A DNA stretch of 64,000 nt from Spirochaetales bacterium (lineage in GTDB: Bacteria > Spirochaetota > Spirochaetia > UBA9216): assembly GCA_003245835.1 (NCBI GenBank), contig QKCC01000072.1, positions 9,982 to 73,981 of the forward strand. The letters are read 5' to 3'. Below, piece after piece: positions 1-9,337 of the stretch. The notes under the pieces were generated by a model. It was not told where the DNA came from, made no database searches, and saw only the letters and a program-made list of their open reading frames with translations. Both the position numbers and the translations under genes were made by a program. Numbering within the stretch: the first letter of the stretch is position 1; each line of letters opens with the position of its first letter.

Positions 1-789
1 CTGCTTTTTTCGGTAGTGGTTCTAAGTTTCAGCACTGATCGGAAGCTTATAAACCCTAAGCAGGCTGGGTTTACTGTTTTTTCGGTAGTTCAGAGAGGCC
101 TGAACGGTATAGGCAGCTTTTTTTCCGGTACTGTAAATTCAATTAACGAATTAAGAGAGCTGAAATCTGCATACGAGCAGCTTCAGGAAAAGATAAGCGA
201 GTATGAAGAGATCGAACGGAATATCGATGAGCTGAGAAACGAAAACGAACAGCTTAGAACTCAGCTTGGATTTTCAAAAACAAGCCCCTTTCGTAATATT
301 CCGGCAGAGGTAATAGGAAAAGATCCGGGAAATACATTTAACTCTATTATAATAAACAAGGGAAAAGGTTCCGGAATCGAGCGAGATATGCCTGTAATAG
401 CGCTGCAGGACGGTTACCACGGTCTTGTAGGAAAAATTTCAGAGGTAGGGCAGTTTACATCTATAATTGTACCTATTTATGATGAATCGTCTTTTGTCTC
501 TGCAAGACTGCAGGAAGGCCGTTACGAAGGCCTTATTACAGGCAGCGGTTATTCAGATTCGATACTGAGAATGGATTATGTCAAAAAGATTGCCCGTGAG
601 AATATCAAGTACGGTAACTTTGTAATTACTTCGGGAATGAACTCTATATATCCGAAAGGAATATACATAGGACGGGTTACAGCAATAGAAGGTAAGGAAT
701 GGGACACTTCTCTTAACCTGGAGATTGAGCCTATTGTCGATTTCACCAGGCTTGAATATGTCTTTGTTCTTAAACAGGAGGAAGAATGA
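1..789 (+). CDS. mreC: Rod shape-determining protein MreC (5' end runs off the window)
   Basis: The frame is open from base 1, with no stop before the listed GTG at 16. The protein has a coiled-coil segment (LRELKSAYEQLQEKISEYEEIERNIDELRNENEQLR) followed by a beta-rich C-terminal domain. It lies directly upstream of mreD, mrdA and rodA, and its stop overlaps the mreD start (ATGA). Confidence 0.88.
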   Translation: MLFSVVVLSFSTDRKLINPKQAGFTVFSVVQRGLNGIGSFFSGTVNSINELRELKSAYEQLQEKISEYEEIERNIDELRNENEQLRTQLGFSKTSPFRNIPAEVIGKDPGNTFNSIIINKGKGSGIERDMPVIALQDGYHGLVGKISEVGQFTSIIVPIYDESSFVSARLQEGRYEGLITGSGYSDSILRMDYVKKIARENIKYGNFVITSGMNSIYPKGIYIGRVTAIEGKEWDTSLNLEIEPIVDFTRLEYVFVLKQEEE

Positions 790-1292
790 GAAAGAGAAAT
801 TTCATTCTAAGTCTTGTTATCACCGGAGTTTTTATTGCCCTGCAATCGACTATTCTTCAGAAGATAGCTGTGCGGGGCGTAATCCCTGATGTGGCCTTGG
901 TTGTAATAGTTTTTTCGTCAAACAGTATGGGGGCGATGCGGGGACAGTTTCTTGGTTTTATAGCCGGTTTACTGCAGGATTTTTTAAGTTCAGGACCTTT
1001 GGGATTCAACGCACTGATTAAAACCATAATAGGATTTATTTTCGGTAAACTCAAAGGGAAACTGTTTCTTGATTCAATTCTGCTCCCCGTTATATTCATC
1101 CTCTCTGCAACAATACTGAAAGAAGGGTTTACAGCCCTTACCGGTCTTATTTTTCTTGGATCGGAAAAGTTCATGTATTTCGGCAGAAGTTTTCTTATAG
1201 AATTAGGCCTTAATGCATTTTTATCGCCGTTCATATTTGCATTGATGAAACTTCTTAAATTATACAGGGTGAATGAAAAGGACGGCTTCTGA
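786..1292 (+). CDS. mreD: Rod shape-determining protein MreD
   Basis: A 168-aa polytopic hydrophobic protein sitting between mreC and the PBP2 gene. It overlaps both neighbours by 4 nt and 1 nt (ATGA / TGATG coupling). Confidence 0.8.
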   Translation: MRKRNFILSLVITGVFIALQSTILQKIAVRGVIPDVALVVIVFSSNSMGAMRGQFLGFIAGLLQDFLSSGPLGFNALIKTIIGFIFGKLKGKLFLDSILLPVIFILSATILKEGFTALTGLIFLGSEKFMYFGRSFLIELGLNAFLSPFIFALMKLLKLYRVNEKDGF

Positions 1293-3205
1293 TGCCGCAA
1301 AAATTCAACGTCCCTAAAACACGGTTAGTTGCTGTGATGGTAATAGTTGCAGCAGCTTTTATAATTTACACAATATATCTGGCAAGTATGCAGATAGTGA
1401 ATTTCTCTGAATACCAGCAGCGTGCGAAAGAAGTTGCAAGCCGTGAGGCTGTAATCATTGCTCAGCGCGGTGAAATTTACGATGTTAATAAAGATTATCC
1501 CCTGGTAATGAATATACCTTCATTCGCGGTATATGTTACTCCGGGTGAATTGAATGACGAAGAAAAACAGACACTAAAAAACAATCTGAATAAGTATTTT
1601 AATATAGCGATAAATGAGCTCGATCAGAAGATTCCGGAACAGAACGGAAGTTTCCAGCCCGTAGAGATTAAAGACGCCGTAGAATATGATGATATCGTTT
1701 TTATTGCTGAACACATAGATGATTTTCCGGGAATCAGCTGGCAGAACAAACCTATAAGAGGTTATTCGGAAGACGGTTCAATTTCACATATAATAGGTTA
1801 TGTAGGAAATATAACCAGCGAAGATTTACAGGTTCTGTATAACAAAGGGTACGACCGGAATTCAACAATCGGGAAAAGCGGAATTGAAAAGCAGTATGAT
1901 ATGCTGCTTCGCGGCAAAGACGGTACCAGAATGAGAATGGTTGACGTCAAAGGCCGCAGAATTGAAGAGGATGAACAGGTAATACCGCCTGAAAACGGGA
2001 AAAGTATTGTTCTTACGATAGACAGGCACATACAGACGCTGTGTGAAAAAGCTCTGGGAGAACGTATAGGTTCTGTAGTAGTTATGAGGCCGTCTACCGG
2101 TGAAGTCCTCGCAATGGTTTCTTATCCGTATTATAATCCGAACCTATTTTATACGGACAGGGGCAAAGAGGTCTACAACAGGCTGTCGCTTGATCCGAGG
2201 TTTCCCTTTTTAAACCGGGCCATTCAGTCAAGCTACGGCCCGGCTTCAACATTCAAGGTAATAATGACGACTGCTGTTCTTGAAGAGAACGCTTTTCCGC
2301 CCAACGCAATTGTAACGTGTACCGGGTCTTTCAGGCTCGGGGACAGGTCATTCAACTGTCACAAATTGACAGGGCACGGGCCGTTGACGCTTGCTGAAGG
2401 TCTTGCAGAATCATGTAATGTTTTTTTCTATACCATGGGCGTAGATTATTTAGGGATAGATAAGATAGCCGATTATGCAATGAGGTTCGGGTATGGAGAG
2501 CCTACAGGTATAGATCTGCCAGGTGAAATAAGAGGGCTTGTTCCGACCCCGGAGTGGAAGCAGAAGGTTTATAATACTCCATGGGTAGGCGGTGACACGG
2601 CGAATGTATCAATAGGTCAGGGCGCTATGAATGTTACCCCGCTTCAGATTGCTTCTGCTTTTTCAATGGTTGTCAATGAAGGCGTCGCATACAGACCTCA
2701 CGTCCTGAAGCAGGTCCTCGACCAGACAACCGGAGAAATACTGTCAGAAGCAGAACCTGAAATTTACAAGACTTCGAATATAAGTATGGACACCTTTAAA
2801 ACTCTAAAGAAGTATATGCGGGGTGTTATAACAGACGGAACTGCTAAATGGGTAATCACGACAAAGGCTGTTGAAGCAGCCGGAAAAACAGGAACCGGAC
2901 AGATGGGTTTGCAGGACCAGTGGGATTCGCTGTTTGCTGCTTATGCCCCGTATGAAACTGACAATCCTGATGAAAGAATTGTAATTGTCGTAGATGTTGA
3001 GGGTGTAAACGAATGGGAATGGTGGGCACCTAAAGCAGCCGATATTATTCTGCAGGGTATATTTGCAAACCAGACTTATGAGGAAGTCATGGATGAATTC
3101 AAAAACCGCTGGTATATACTTGATTTGCAGAAACGGCTTAAGGAAAAAGCTGAAGCAGAGGCAAGGGCAGCGGCTGAATCTTCCGGGAGTGCACTTAACG
3201 AATGA
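1292..3205 (+). CDS. mrdA: Penicillin-binding protein 2 (elongasome class B transpeptidase)
   Basis: It has an N-terminal TM anchor and the three transpeptidase motifs: SxxK (ASTFK), SxN (ESCNV) and KTG (GKTGTG). Its position between mreD and rodA fits. Confidence 0.93.
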   Translation: MPQKFNVPKTRLVAVMVIVAAAFIIYTIYLASMQIVNFSEYQQRAKEVASREAVIIAQRGEIYDVNKDYPLVMNIPSFAVYVTPGELNDEEKQTLKNNLNKYFNIAINELDQKIPEQNGSFQPVEIKDAVEYDDIVFIAEHIDDFPGISWQNKPIRGYSEDGSISHIIGYVGNITSEDLQVLYNKGYDRNSTIGKSGIEKQYDMLLRGKDGTRMRMVDVKGRRIEEDEQVIPPENGKSIVLTIDRHIQTLCEKALGERIGSVVVMRPSTGEVLAMVSYPYYNPNLFYTDRGKEVYNRLSLDPRFPFLNRAIQSSYGPASTFKVIMTTAVLEENAFPPNAIVTCTGSFRLGDRSFNCHKLTGHGPLTLAEGLAESCNVFFYTMGVDYLGIDKIADYAMRFGYGEPTGIDLPGEIRGLVPTPEWKQKVYNTPWVGGDTANVSIGQGAMNVTPLQIASAFSMVVNEGVAYRPHVLKQVLDQTTGEILSEAEPEIYKTSNISMDTFKTLKKYMRGVITDGTAKWVITTKAVEAAGKTGTGQMGLQDQWDSLFAAYAPYETDNPDERIVIVVDVEGVNEWEWWAPKAADIILQGIFANQTYEEVMDEFKNRWYILDLQKRLKEKAEAEARAAAESSGSALNE

Positions 3206-4515
3206 AAACAAGATCTATATTCAGATTTGAATTTATCCTGCTTTTTGCGTCAGCGTTTCTGTGTGTAATAGGAATTCTTTTTATCTATTCTAGCGCTGTA
3301 TCATCTGACGGAGTATTACAGAATAATGAGTATATAAAACAGATTATCTGGGCCAGCATCGGGATAGGTGTCCTCATATCATTATCATTTTTTGATTATG
3401 AAAGAATAAAAGCATTTAATTTATACATATACCTTGGAGGGATAGTCCTTCTGGTCATTGTGCTGCTGTTCGGCAATCTTGTGAACGGAGCCCGCTCCTG
3501 GATTAACCTTTTTGGTTACGGTTTTCAGCCTTCAGAATTTATGAAATTAGCTATAGTCTTCCGGCTTGCATTCTTTTTTGAGGAAAGCGCAAACAAGTAT
3601 TCCGATTTTGTACGGTTTATACTCAGCCTGATTCAGACTGCAATCCCAATGTTCCTGGTGCTGGTTCAGCCTGATATGGGAACCGCCATGGTTTATATAC
3701 CCATTTATCTTTTTATGGCTTTTATAGCAGGAATTAAAAAAAGGTATCTGCTCTTTTTGATGTCAGCAGGTATGCTAATCATAATCGGTTCGATAATTCC
3801 CGCCTGGGATACTTATATAATCACCGAAAAAAGTGTCGCAATAGCAAGAGTATTCAGGGATAAAAATCTGCTGATGATTGTTATAGGCGCGTGTGCTTTT
3901 ATGTTTCTGCTTAGCGGCGCCGGGTATTTATTTTTAAAGAAAAAATATTATTACTGGGTTGGTTTTATTTGTCTGATACTTCTGATTTCATTCAGTGCTA
4001 CATTAGGTGCCGCGAACTTTATTAAAGATTACCAGTTGAAGAGGTTGATTATATTTCTTGACCCTCAGGTGGACCCCCGAGGGGCCGGCTGGAATGTAAT
4101 TCAGTCAATAACAGCTGTTGGTTCAGGCGGTCCGGGCGGCAAAGGTTTTCTAATGGGGACGCAGAGTCATCTGAGATACCTTCCGCAGCAGTCAACCGAT
4201 TTTATCTTTTCGATAATTGCCGAGGAATGGGGTTTCTACGGTTGTATGATTGTCTTTCTTTTGTTTCTGATAATTATAATCAGAAGTCTCTACATACTTT
4301 TTTCATCGAAGGACCCTTTTGCCTTGTATATGGGGTGCGGAATAGTAGGAATGCTCTTTTTCCACTTTATAGTGAATATCGGTATGGCAATAGGAATAAT
4401 GCCGATTACCGGAATACCGCTGCTTCTTGTGTCATACGGCGGTTCATCGATGCTTACAACCATGGCCGGTCTCGGGCTTATCTCCAGCATATACTTGCAT
4501 AAATACAAATACTAG
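3202..4515 (+). CDS. rodA: SEDS-family peptidoglycan glycosyltransferase RodA
   Basis: A polytopic membrane protein of the FtsW/RodA/SpoVE type, with conserved segments PSEFMKL, QPDMGT and TDFIFS..EE.G. Its start overlaps the mrdA stop (ATGA). Confidence 0.92.
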   Translation: MKTRSIFRFEFILLFASAFLCVIGILFIYSSAVSSDGVLQNNEYIKQIIWASIGIGVLISLSFFDYERIKAFNLYIYLGGIVLLVIVLLFGNLVNGARSWINLFGYGFQPSEFMKLAIVFRLAFFFEESANKYSDFVRFILSLIQTAIPMFLVLVQPDMGTAMVYIPIYLFMAFIAGIKKRYLLFLMSAGMLIIIGSIIPAWDTYIITEKSVAIARVFRDKNLLMIVIGACAFMFLLSGAGYLFLKKKYYYWVGFICLILLISFSATLGAANFIKDYQLKRLIIFLDPQVDPRGAGWNVIQSITAVGSGGPGGKGFLMGTQSHLRYLPQQSTDFIFSIIAEEWGFYGCMIVFLLFLIIIIRSLYILFSSKDPFALYMGCGIVGMLFFHFIVNIGMAIGIMPITGIPLLLVSYGGSSMLTTMAGLGLISSIYLHKYKY

Positions 4516-4531
4516 GATATTTTTTAGCACT

Positions 4532-7024
4532 ATGAATAATTCAATCTCTGAACAAGAATTAAGAGAAATACTTCTTAAAGTTAATACGCCAGGCCGTTAT
4601 ACCGGCGGAGAATTCGGTTCGATTACCAAAGAACATGCTGTTTTTAGAATTGCGCTGTGTTTTCCGGATTTATACGAGATCGGAATGTCAAACCAGGCGG
4701 TGAAAATTCTTTATGAAATGATAAATTCCGAGACCGAGGCTTCATGTGAGCGCGTTTTCAGTCCGGCGCCGGACTTTGAAATTTTTGTTCGTGAAAAAAA
4801 TATTCCTCTTTTTACTCTTGAAAGCAGAACAGCTGTAAGCAAATGCGATCTTCTATCTTTTACGGTCGGCTATGAGCTCAGTGCAACTAATATTTTGAAT
4901 GTAATAGAACTGAGCGGTATACCATTGAGGAATACTGAAAGACTGGAGAATGATCCGATTATTATAGCAGGGGGACCTGCGATTACAAACCCGGTGCCGT
5001 TTGGTAGTTTTATAGATGCGGTGTTTATCGGAGAAGCAGAGGATGCTTTTACCAGTATAGTATCAAAACTTTGCGAAATGAAAGCTGAGGGAGCAGGAAG
5101 ACAGGAACTGCTTGACGAAATCCGCAGTTCGGAATATTTCTGGTACAGCGGTAAAGATATTAAGGTCAAGAAAGCTGTATGGAACAGCTTCGGCGATTAC
5201 CGACGTGAACGCAAACTGCTGGTTCCTTCCGTAAGCGCAGTTCAGGATCACGGTGTCGTTGAAATAATGCGCGGCTGCCCTAACGGATGCAGGTTCTGTC
5301 ATGCCGGCATTTTCTACAGACCGTACCGTGAAAAAAGTATAGAAACGATCCTGAAAGAAGTTGAAGATTTGATCGTAAACTGCGGGTATCGTGAGATAAC
5401 ACTGTCTTCACTTTCCAGCGGCGATTACGGAAATATCAGTGAGCTTATAGCGATTTTAAACAACAGGTATTCAGCAAAAGGTATATCGTTTTCATTTCCA
5501 TCAATGAGGGTGAACAGTTTCACGTTGCCGCTTATAAGTGAAATATCAAAGGTCCGAAAAAGCGGGCTGACTTTTGCAGTTGAAACGCCGGACCTTATTC
5601 ACCAGCGAGGTTTGAACAAGGAAGTTCCGGTTGAACGAATAATAGAAATTCTGCATGAAGCAAAAAAAATGGGTTGGAAAAAGGCCAAGTTCTATTTTAT
5701 GATTGGTCTTCCTTTTTTTAAAGAGACAGATGAAACAGATGCAATTATTGATTTTCTGCGAAAAGTAGGCAGAGAAACAAAGATGCAGCTTAACGTAAAT
5801 ATAGGAACATTTATTCCAAAACCGCACACACCATTTCAGTGGTCATTCCAGTTGAATGAAAACCAGGCGCTTGAAAGAATATCAAAAATAAGAAGGGCTC
5901 TTCCTGATAAATTTTTTAAAGTAGGGTACCAGTCGCCATTTATGTCACTGATTGAAGGGGTTATCAGCAGGGGTGACGAAAAAACCGGCGAAATATTGAT
6001 AAATGCATTCAAGAAAGGTGCCAGGCTCGATGCATGGGAAGAGTATATTGATCGAGGGATATGGAGGGAGGTTTTCTCTGAATCTGAAGCAGATGTCGAA
6101 AAATGCCTGCTTGAAAAATCGGTTGAAGTCGATCTTCCCTGGGACGGCATCAGTCTCTCGGTCGGTAAGAAGTTTCTTGGGTCCGAATACGAAAAATCAC
6201 TGGAAGGAGAGCTTACAGAAGCCTGCAGCGTATCCTGCGGACATAATTGCGGCGCATGCAATAAAACTGATACAGTTAAATTGAACGACAAAAAAATCAG
6301 ACTTGAAGATTATTTCATAAGTTCTGAAAATACAGTGGAAAAACAAAATGTTAAAATTCTTTTTTCATTTACAAAAAAGAATACAGCTGTCTATCTGTCG
6401 CATATTAACGTAATGAACATTTTTGAACGGGCCTTTTTAAGAAGCGGAATAGATCTTGTTTACAGCCGGGGATTCAATCCCAAACCAAAACTTGAATTCG
6501 CCAATCCTTTGACGCTTGGAGTTGAATCTGAAGACGAGATTGCCTCAATTGAAATTGAAATTGTTAAAGGAACAGATAAAGAATCCGCAGAAAAAGATTT
6601 TATTCAAAAGATGAATGAATCTCTGCCAGAAGGAATGAAAATTATCAAGGCGAAAGTAATTGAATCAATAGCGTCATACGAAACCGGCAAAAAGGTTAAA
6701 TCGCTTATGGCTGCGTATAACGGCGGAATCTATCTTTTAAAAGTACTTAAAGACAAGAATGAAATTATGCAGAGAATTTGTGATAATCTGGACGCTGAAC
6801 CTGGTGTGACCTGGTCAAGAAGAGTACCGGAGGGCGATGAACTGGAAATAAATGCAGTAAGATCTTCAGAGGGAAAGGTGCTTAATATTTTCAGGTTTAT
6901 GAAAGAAAAAATTGAAACAGAATATCCGTTTGATTATATTGAAGTATTACGAAAACGAACCTTCTGTGCAACAGAAAATGAATTAATTGAAAAAAAAATA
7001 AACTATTTCGATTCGTACGAATGA
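4532..7024 (+). CDS. Radical SAM protein fused to a DUF2344-like C-terminal domain (function unknown)
   Basis: The CxxxCxxC motif CPNGCRFC lies at 5276-5299, and a second Cys cluster, CSVSCGHNCGAC, lies at 6224-6259. I chose the in-frame ATG at 4532 (MNNSISEQELREIL). The listed start at 4427 would overlap rodA by 89 nt and encodes non-protein-like sequence. Confidence 0.85.
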   Translation: MNNSISEQELREILLKVNTPGRYTGGEFGSITKEHAVFRIALCFPDLYEIGMSNQAVKILYEMINSETEASCERVFSPAPDFEIFVREKNIPLFTLESRTAVSKCDLLSFTVGYELSATNILNVIELSGIPLRNTERLENDPIIIAGGPAITNPVPFGSFIDAVFIGEAEDAFTSIVSKLCEMKAEGAGRQELLDEIRSSEYFWYSGKDIKVKKAVWNSFGDYRRERKLLVPSVSAVQDHGVVEIMRGCPNGCRFCHAGIFYRPYREKSIETILKEVEDLIVNCGYREITLSSLSSGDYGNISELIAILNNRYSAKGISFSFPSMRVNSFTLPLISEISKVRKSGLTFAVETPDLIHQRGLNKEVPVERIIEILHEAKKMGWKKAKFYFMIGLPFFKETDETDAIIDFLRKVGRETKMQLNVNIGTFIPKPHTPFQWSFQLNENQALERISKIRRALPDKFFKVGYQSPFMSLIEGVISRGDEKTGEILINAFKKGARLDAWEEYIDRGIWREVFSESEADVEKCLLEKSVEVDLPWDGISLSVGKKFLGSEYEKSLEGELTEACSVSCGHNCGACNKTDTVKLNDKKIRLEDYFISSENTVEKQNVKILFSFTKKNTAVYLSHINVMNIFERAFLRSGIDLVYSRGFNPKPKLEFANPLTLGVESEDEIASIEIEIVKGTDKESAEKDFIQKMNESLPEGMKIIKAKVIESIASYETGKKVKSLMAAYNGGIYLLKVLKDKNEIMQRICDNLDAEPGVTWSRRVPEGDELEINAVRSSEGKVLNIFRFMKEKIETEYPFDYIEVLRKRTFCATENELIEKKINYFDSYE

Positions 7025-7051
7025 AAAACTTAACATTTTCATTCGTACGAA
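7012..7051. terminator. Perfect 16-bp stem-loop between convergent genes (candidate bidirectional terminator)
   Basis: TTCGTACGAATGAAAA (7012-7027) pairs with TTTTCATTCGTACGAA (7036-7051) around an 8-nt loop. The left arm contains the radical-SAM stop codon. The mazG stop at 7071 is 20 nt away on the other strand. Confidence 0.55.
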
Positions 7052-7070
7052 AAAGTTAATGTTGTATGAT

Positions 7071-7862
7071 TTATTGTACAGTTTTTGCCTGCTGCCATAA
7101 TTCCTCAAGAGTGTTCAAATCAGTTTCCCGTACGGAACGGTCTGAATCCTTTAAAGTTTTTTCAATGTATTTATAGCGGCTGATAAATTTGTTGTTTGTT
7201 TTTGTTAGAGCGGTTGACGGATCTATTTTTAAAAATCGGGATATATTGACTATTGTAAACAGAATATCTCCGATTTCTTCTTCTATGTTTGAGCTGTTAT
7301 TATTATTAACAGCTTCTCTGAATTCATCAATTTCTTCCTGAAGTTTTACCAATACATCATCTATCTGCTGCCAGTCAAAATTTTCCTTTGCTGCCTTTTT
7401 CTGGATTTTAAGCGCTTTAAGCAAGGGAGGGAAGTGACCGGCAACCGAATCCATTACAGAGTCATTGTGTATGCGGCCTTCAACTTTATCTTTGATTTCT
7501 TCCCATTGGTGGATGACTGCATCGGGGGTTTCTGCCTGGGCATCGGCAAATACATGCGGATGTCTTCTGATCAATTTTGAACATATTTCGTTAAAAACAT
7601 CATCAAGCGTAAAACTGCCGGACTCTTCAAACATAACAGCTTCGAAGGTAGCAAGCAGATACAGATCGCCCAATTCTTCGCAAATATGGCCCCGGTCATT
7701 TTCAATTATAGCATCAACGCATTCGTAGGCTTCCTCGATAATATTTTCTTTAATGCTGTCGGGAGTCTGTTTCCGATCCCACGGGCAGCCTTCAGGAGCC
7801 CGAAGTTTTTTTATTATTGAGTAAAGTTTGTAAAATCCGTCTGAGGGTGTATTATTATTCAT
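7071..7862 (-). CDS. mazG: Nucleoside triphosphate pyrophosphohydrolase MazG
   Basis: It has the tandem MazG-domain architecture. Signatures include CPWDRKQT, EE.YE..DAI and ELGD in the first domain and a repeated EE.GD..F in the second. Length is 263 aa. Confidence 0.9.
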   Translation of the reverse strand: MNNNTPSDGFYKLYSIIKKLRAPEGCPWDRKQTPDSIKENIIEEAYECVDAIIENDRGHICEELGDLYLLATFEAVMFEESGSFTLDDVFNEICSKLIRRHPHVFADAQAETPDAVIHQWEEIKDKVEGRIHNDSVMDSVAGHFPPLLKALKIQKKAAKENFDWQQIDDVLVKLQEEIDEFREAVNNNNSSNIEEEIGDILFTIVNISRFLKIDPSTALTKTNNKFISRYKYIEKTLKDSDRSVRETDLNTLEELWQQAKTVQ

Positions 7863-8157
7863 ACTCCAAGCATAGCATTTTTAATGAAAATGTTTAAGAG
7901 GGTATCGAAAGTCTGTCTATGAAAGTATAAAAAATAATACATATTAAAGTGAAATATTAAGGTAGAATGCGGTGGGCGGATTGTGTTGTGATAAAACCTG
8001 TACGGCAATTATTCTGCCGAAGTTGTGTGTTGGTACGATAAATGTAAAACTATTAAAAGTAGACAGAATATACATTATCGGAAGTTACGATGATTGTTGC
8101 ATGATACGTTTTTAATCTTTATATTCTCTCTTAACAAAATCGAAAAGTTAGTCGTAA

Positions 8158-8445
8158 TTAATTGTGTCTGAATGAATTACTGAACAGCAGCAGGACTATG
8201 AACGAGAATACAGACGGCCAGAATATTCCGGTTACAAATACTTCCCTGAAAAAGTAAATATATTTAAGCGGGTCAAATCCTATAATTGAACCGAAGAATA
8301 CCCCGAAAAATGAACCTATTATACCGAATAAAACACAAAGAAAATAATTCTTCAGGACATTGCGCCTGATGAAAAAATAAAAAAGCGAAGAAAAAATAAC
8401 ACCGATAAGGACGTATGTAAGTAGAAGATTAAGATAGTAATTCAT
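8158..8445 (-). CDS. Small hydrophobic membrane protein (about 3-4 TM segments), function unknown
   Basis: A 95-aa ORF that is almost entirely hydrophobic with Gly/Phe-rich helices. It lies 28 nt downstream of the lipoprotein gene on the same strand. I recognised no family. Confidence 0.5.
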   Translation of the reverse strand: MNYYLNLLLTYVLIGVIFSSLFYFFIRRNVLKNYFLCVLFGIIGSFFGVFFGSIIGFDPLKYIYFFREVFVTGIFWPSVFSFIVLLLFSNSFRHN

Positions 8446-8473
8446 ATATGCCTTCTTTGTAAGTTTATCATAA

Positions 8474-9337
8474 TCAGTAGTTTGTTAGATTACAATCGAA
8501 TTTCAGAGTACCTAAATATACGGGGGTACTGTATATAGTTTTCGTAATATCATCAGTGTCACGTCCGAAAGAATAAATGAAGAAAGAAATATAGAGATAT
8601 TCTGATGTGCTCTCTGAATCTATCGTAGACGGCATGTCGTCATCATTAATATCAAAATCATCTTTATCAAAGAACTTCGGTATATTGTTTATGCTGACGG
8701 TCGACGACGGTTTAACCCATCGGTAGAAATATAGAGTCTCGCTGAATGACAGCGATGAATTATAGGTTTCAGCAAGAAAACTTGTACCGTCCGAGTATTC
8801 CTGAAGAAATTTAAGACGAATATCAAAATCCTGATCGATAAGGGAAGACTCGATAGGAAATGCAGGTCTTAAGTCACTATGGGTGAAATTAGTCTGCGCA
8901 ATAACACCTGCATAATCGGTTGTTGTAAACAGTCTTGAGAATCCCCTGCTCTCTATGCCGCTTACGGTCAAATCAGAGCTTAATATTGTAGTCTTTTCAG
9001 ACAGATATTCAGTTGTCGAAGTTGCAGCATCCAAAGGGTCATAGATTTTATAGTATATTTCGTAGCCGCTGAATATGCTCGAGCTGTTGTCATAAGCATT
9101 GGTAAAAATAAGGGTGCTCTCTGCAACATCAGGATCGCTTCTGTCTACAACACCGGTCGGCGGGTAAAGATAACCGTAACTCGGCAGGCCGCAGCCTGAA
9201 ATAACAATAAGTAAAAGAAGGCCGGACAGCCAAGGCAGTTTGCAATGTAAAAAAAGACGGAAGAACTCCGAAGAGTCCCCCGTTTTTTTATGTGTATTAA
9301 AAAATTTAATCTGTTTAAACAATATCAATAAGCTCAT
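8474..9337 (-). CDS. Putative lipoprotein, function unknown
   Basis: It has a hydrophobic leader ending in a lipobox-like LIVISGC. The mature part is Ser/Thr/Asp-rich and probably beta-rich. The ORF start overlaps the cyclase 3' end by 23 nt, and the true start could be further downstream. Confidence 0.6.
   Translation of the reverse strand: MSLLILFKQIKFFNTHKKTGDSSEFFRLFLHCKLPWLSGLLLLIVISGCGLPSYGYLYPPTGVVDRSDPDVAESTLIFTNAYDNSSSIFSGYEIYYKIYDPLDAATSTTEYLSEKTTILSSDLTVSGIESRGFSRLFTTTDYAGVIAQTNFTHSDLRPAFPIESSLIDQDFDIRLKFLQEYSDGTSFLAETYNSSLSFSETLYFYRWVKPSSTVSINNIPKFFDKDDFDINDDDMPSTIDSESTSEYLYISFFIYSFGRDTDDITKTIYSTPVYLGTLKFDCNLTNY

Noticed and set aside
4427-4531. The listed upstream start of the radical-SAM ORF, which overlaps the rodA 3' end by 89 nt.
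   Set aside because: The N-terminal 35 residues (MCHTAVHRCLQPWPVSGLSPAYTCINTNTRIFFST) are just the alternate frame of rodA. An in-frame ATG at 4532, downstream of the rodA stop, gives a sensible N-terminus.
6004-6022. A sigma-54-like element TGGCAC-N5-TTGA on the minus strand. A second TGGCAC occurs near 57615 on the + strand.
   Set aside because: Both lie deep inside coding regions on the antisense strand, with no downstream gene in the right orientation. The -12 element also deviates from the TTGC consensus.
7863-8157. A 295-bp A/T-rich gap between the small membrane protein gene and mazG, considered as a possible ncRNA or tRNA locus.
   Set aside because: I could find no tRNA-like T-loop or acceptor features, no strong conserved-looking secondary structure, and no terminator. 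It is most simply the mazG promoter region. A covariance-model scan could still find something I cannot see by eye.
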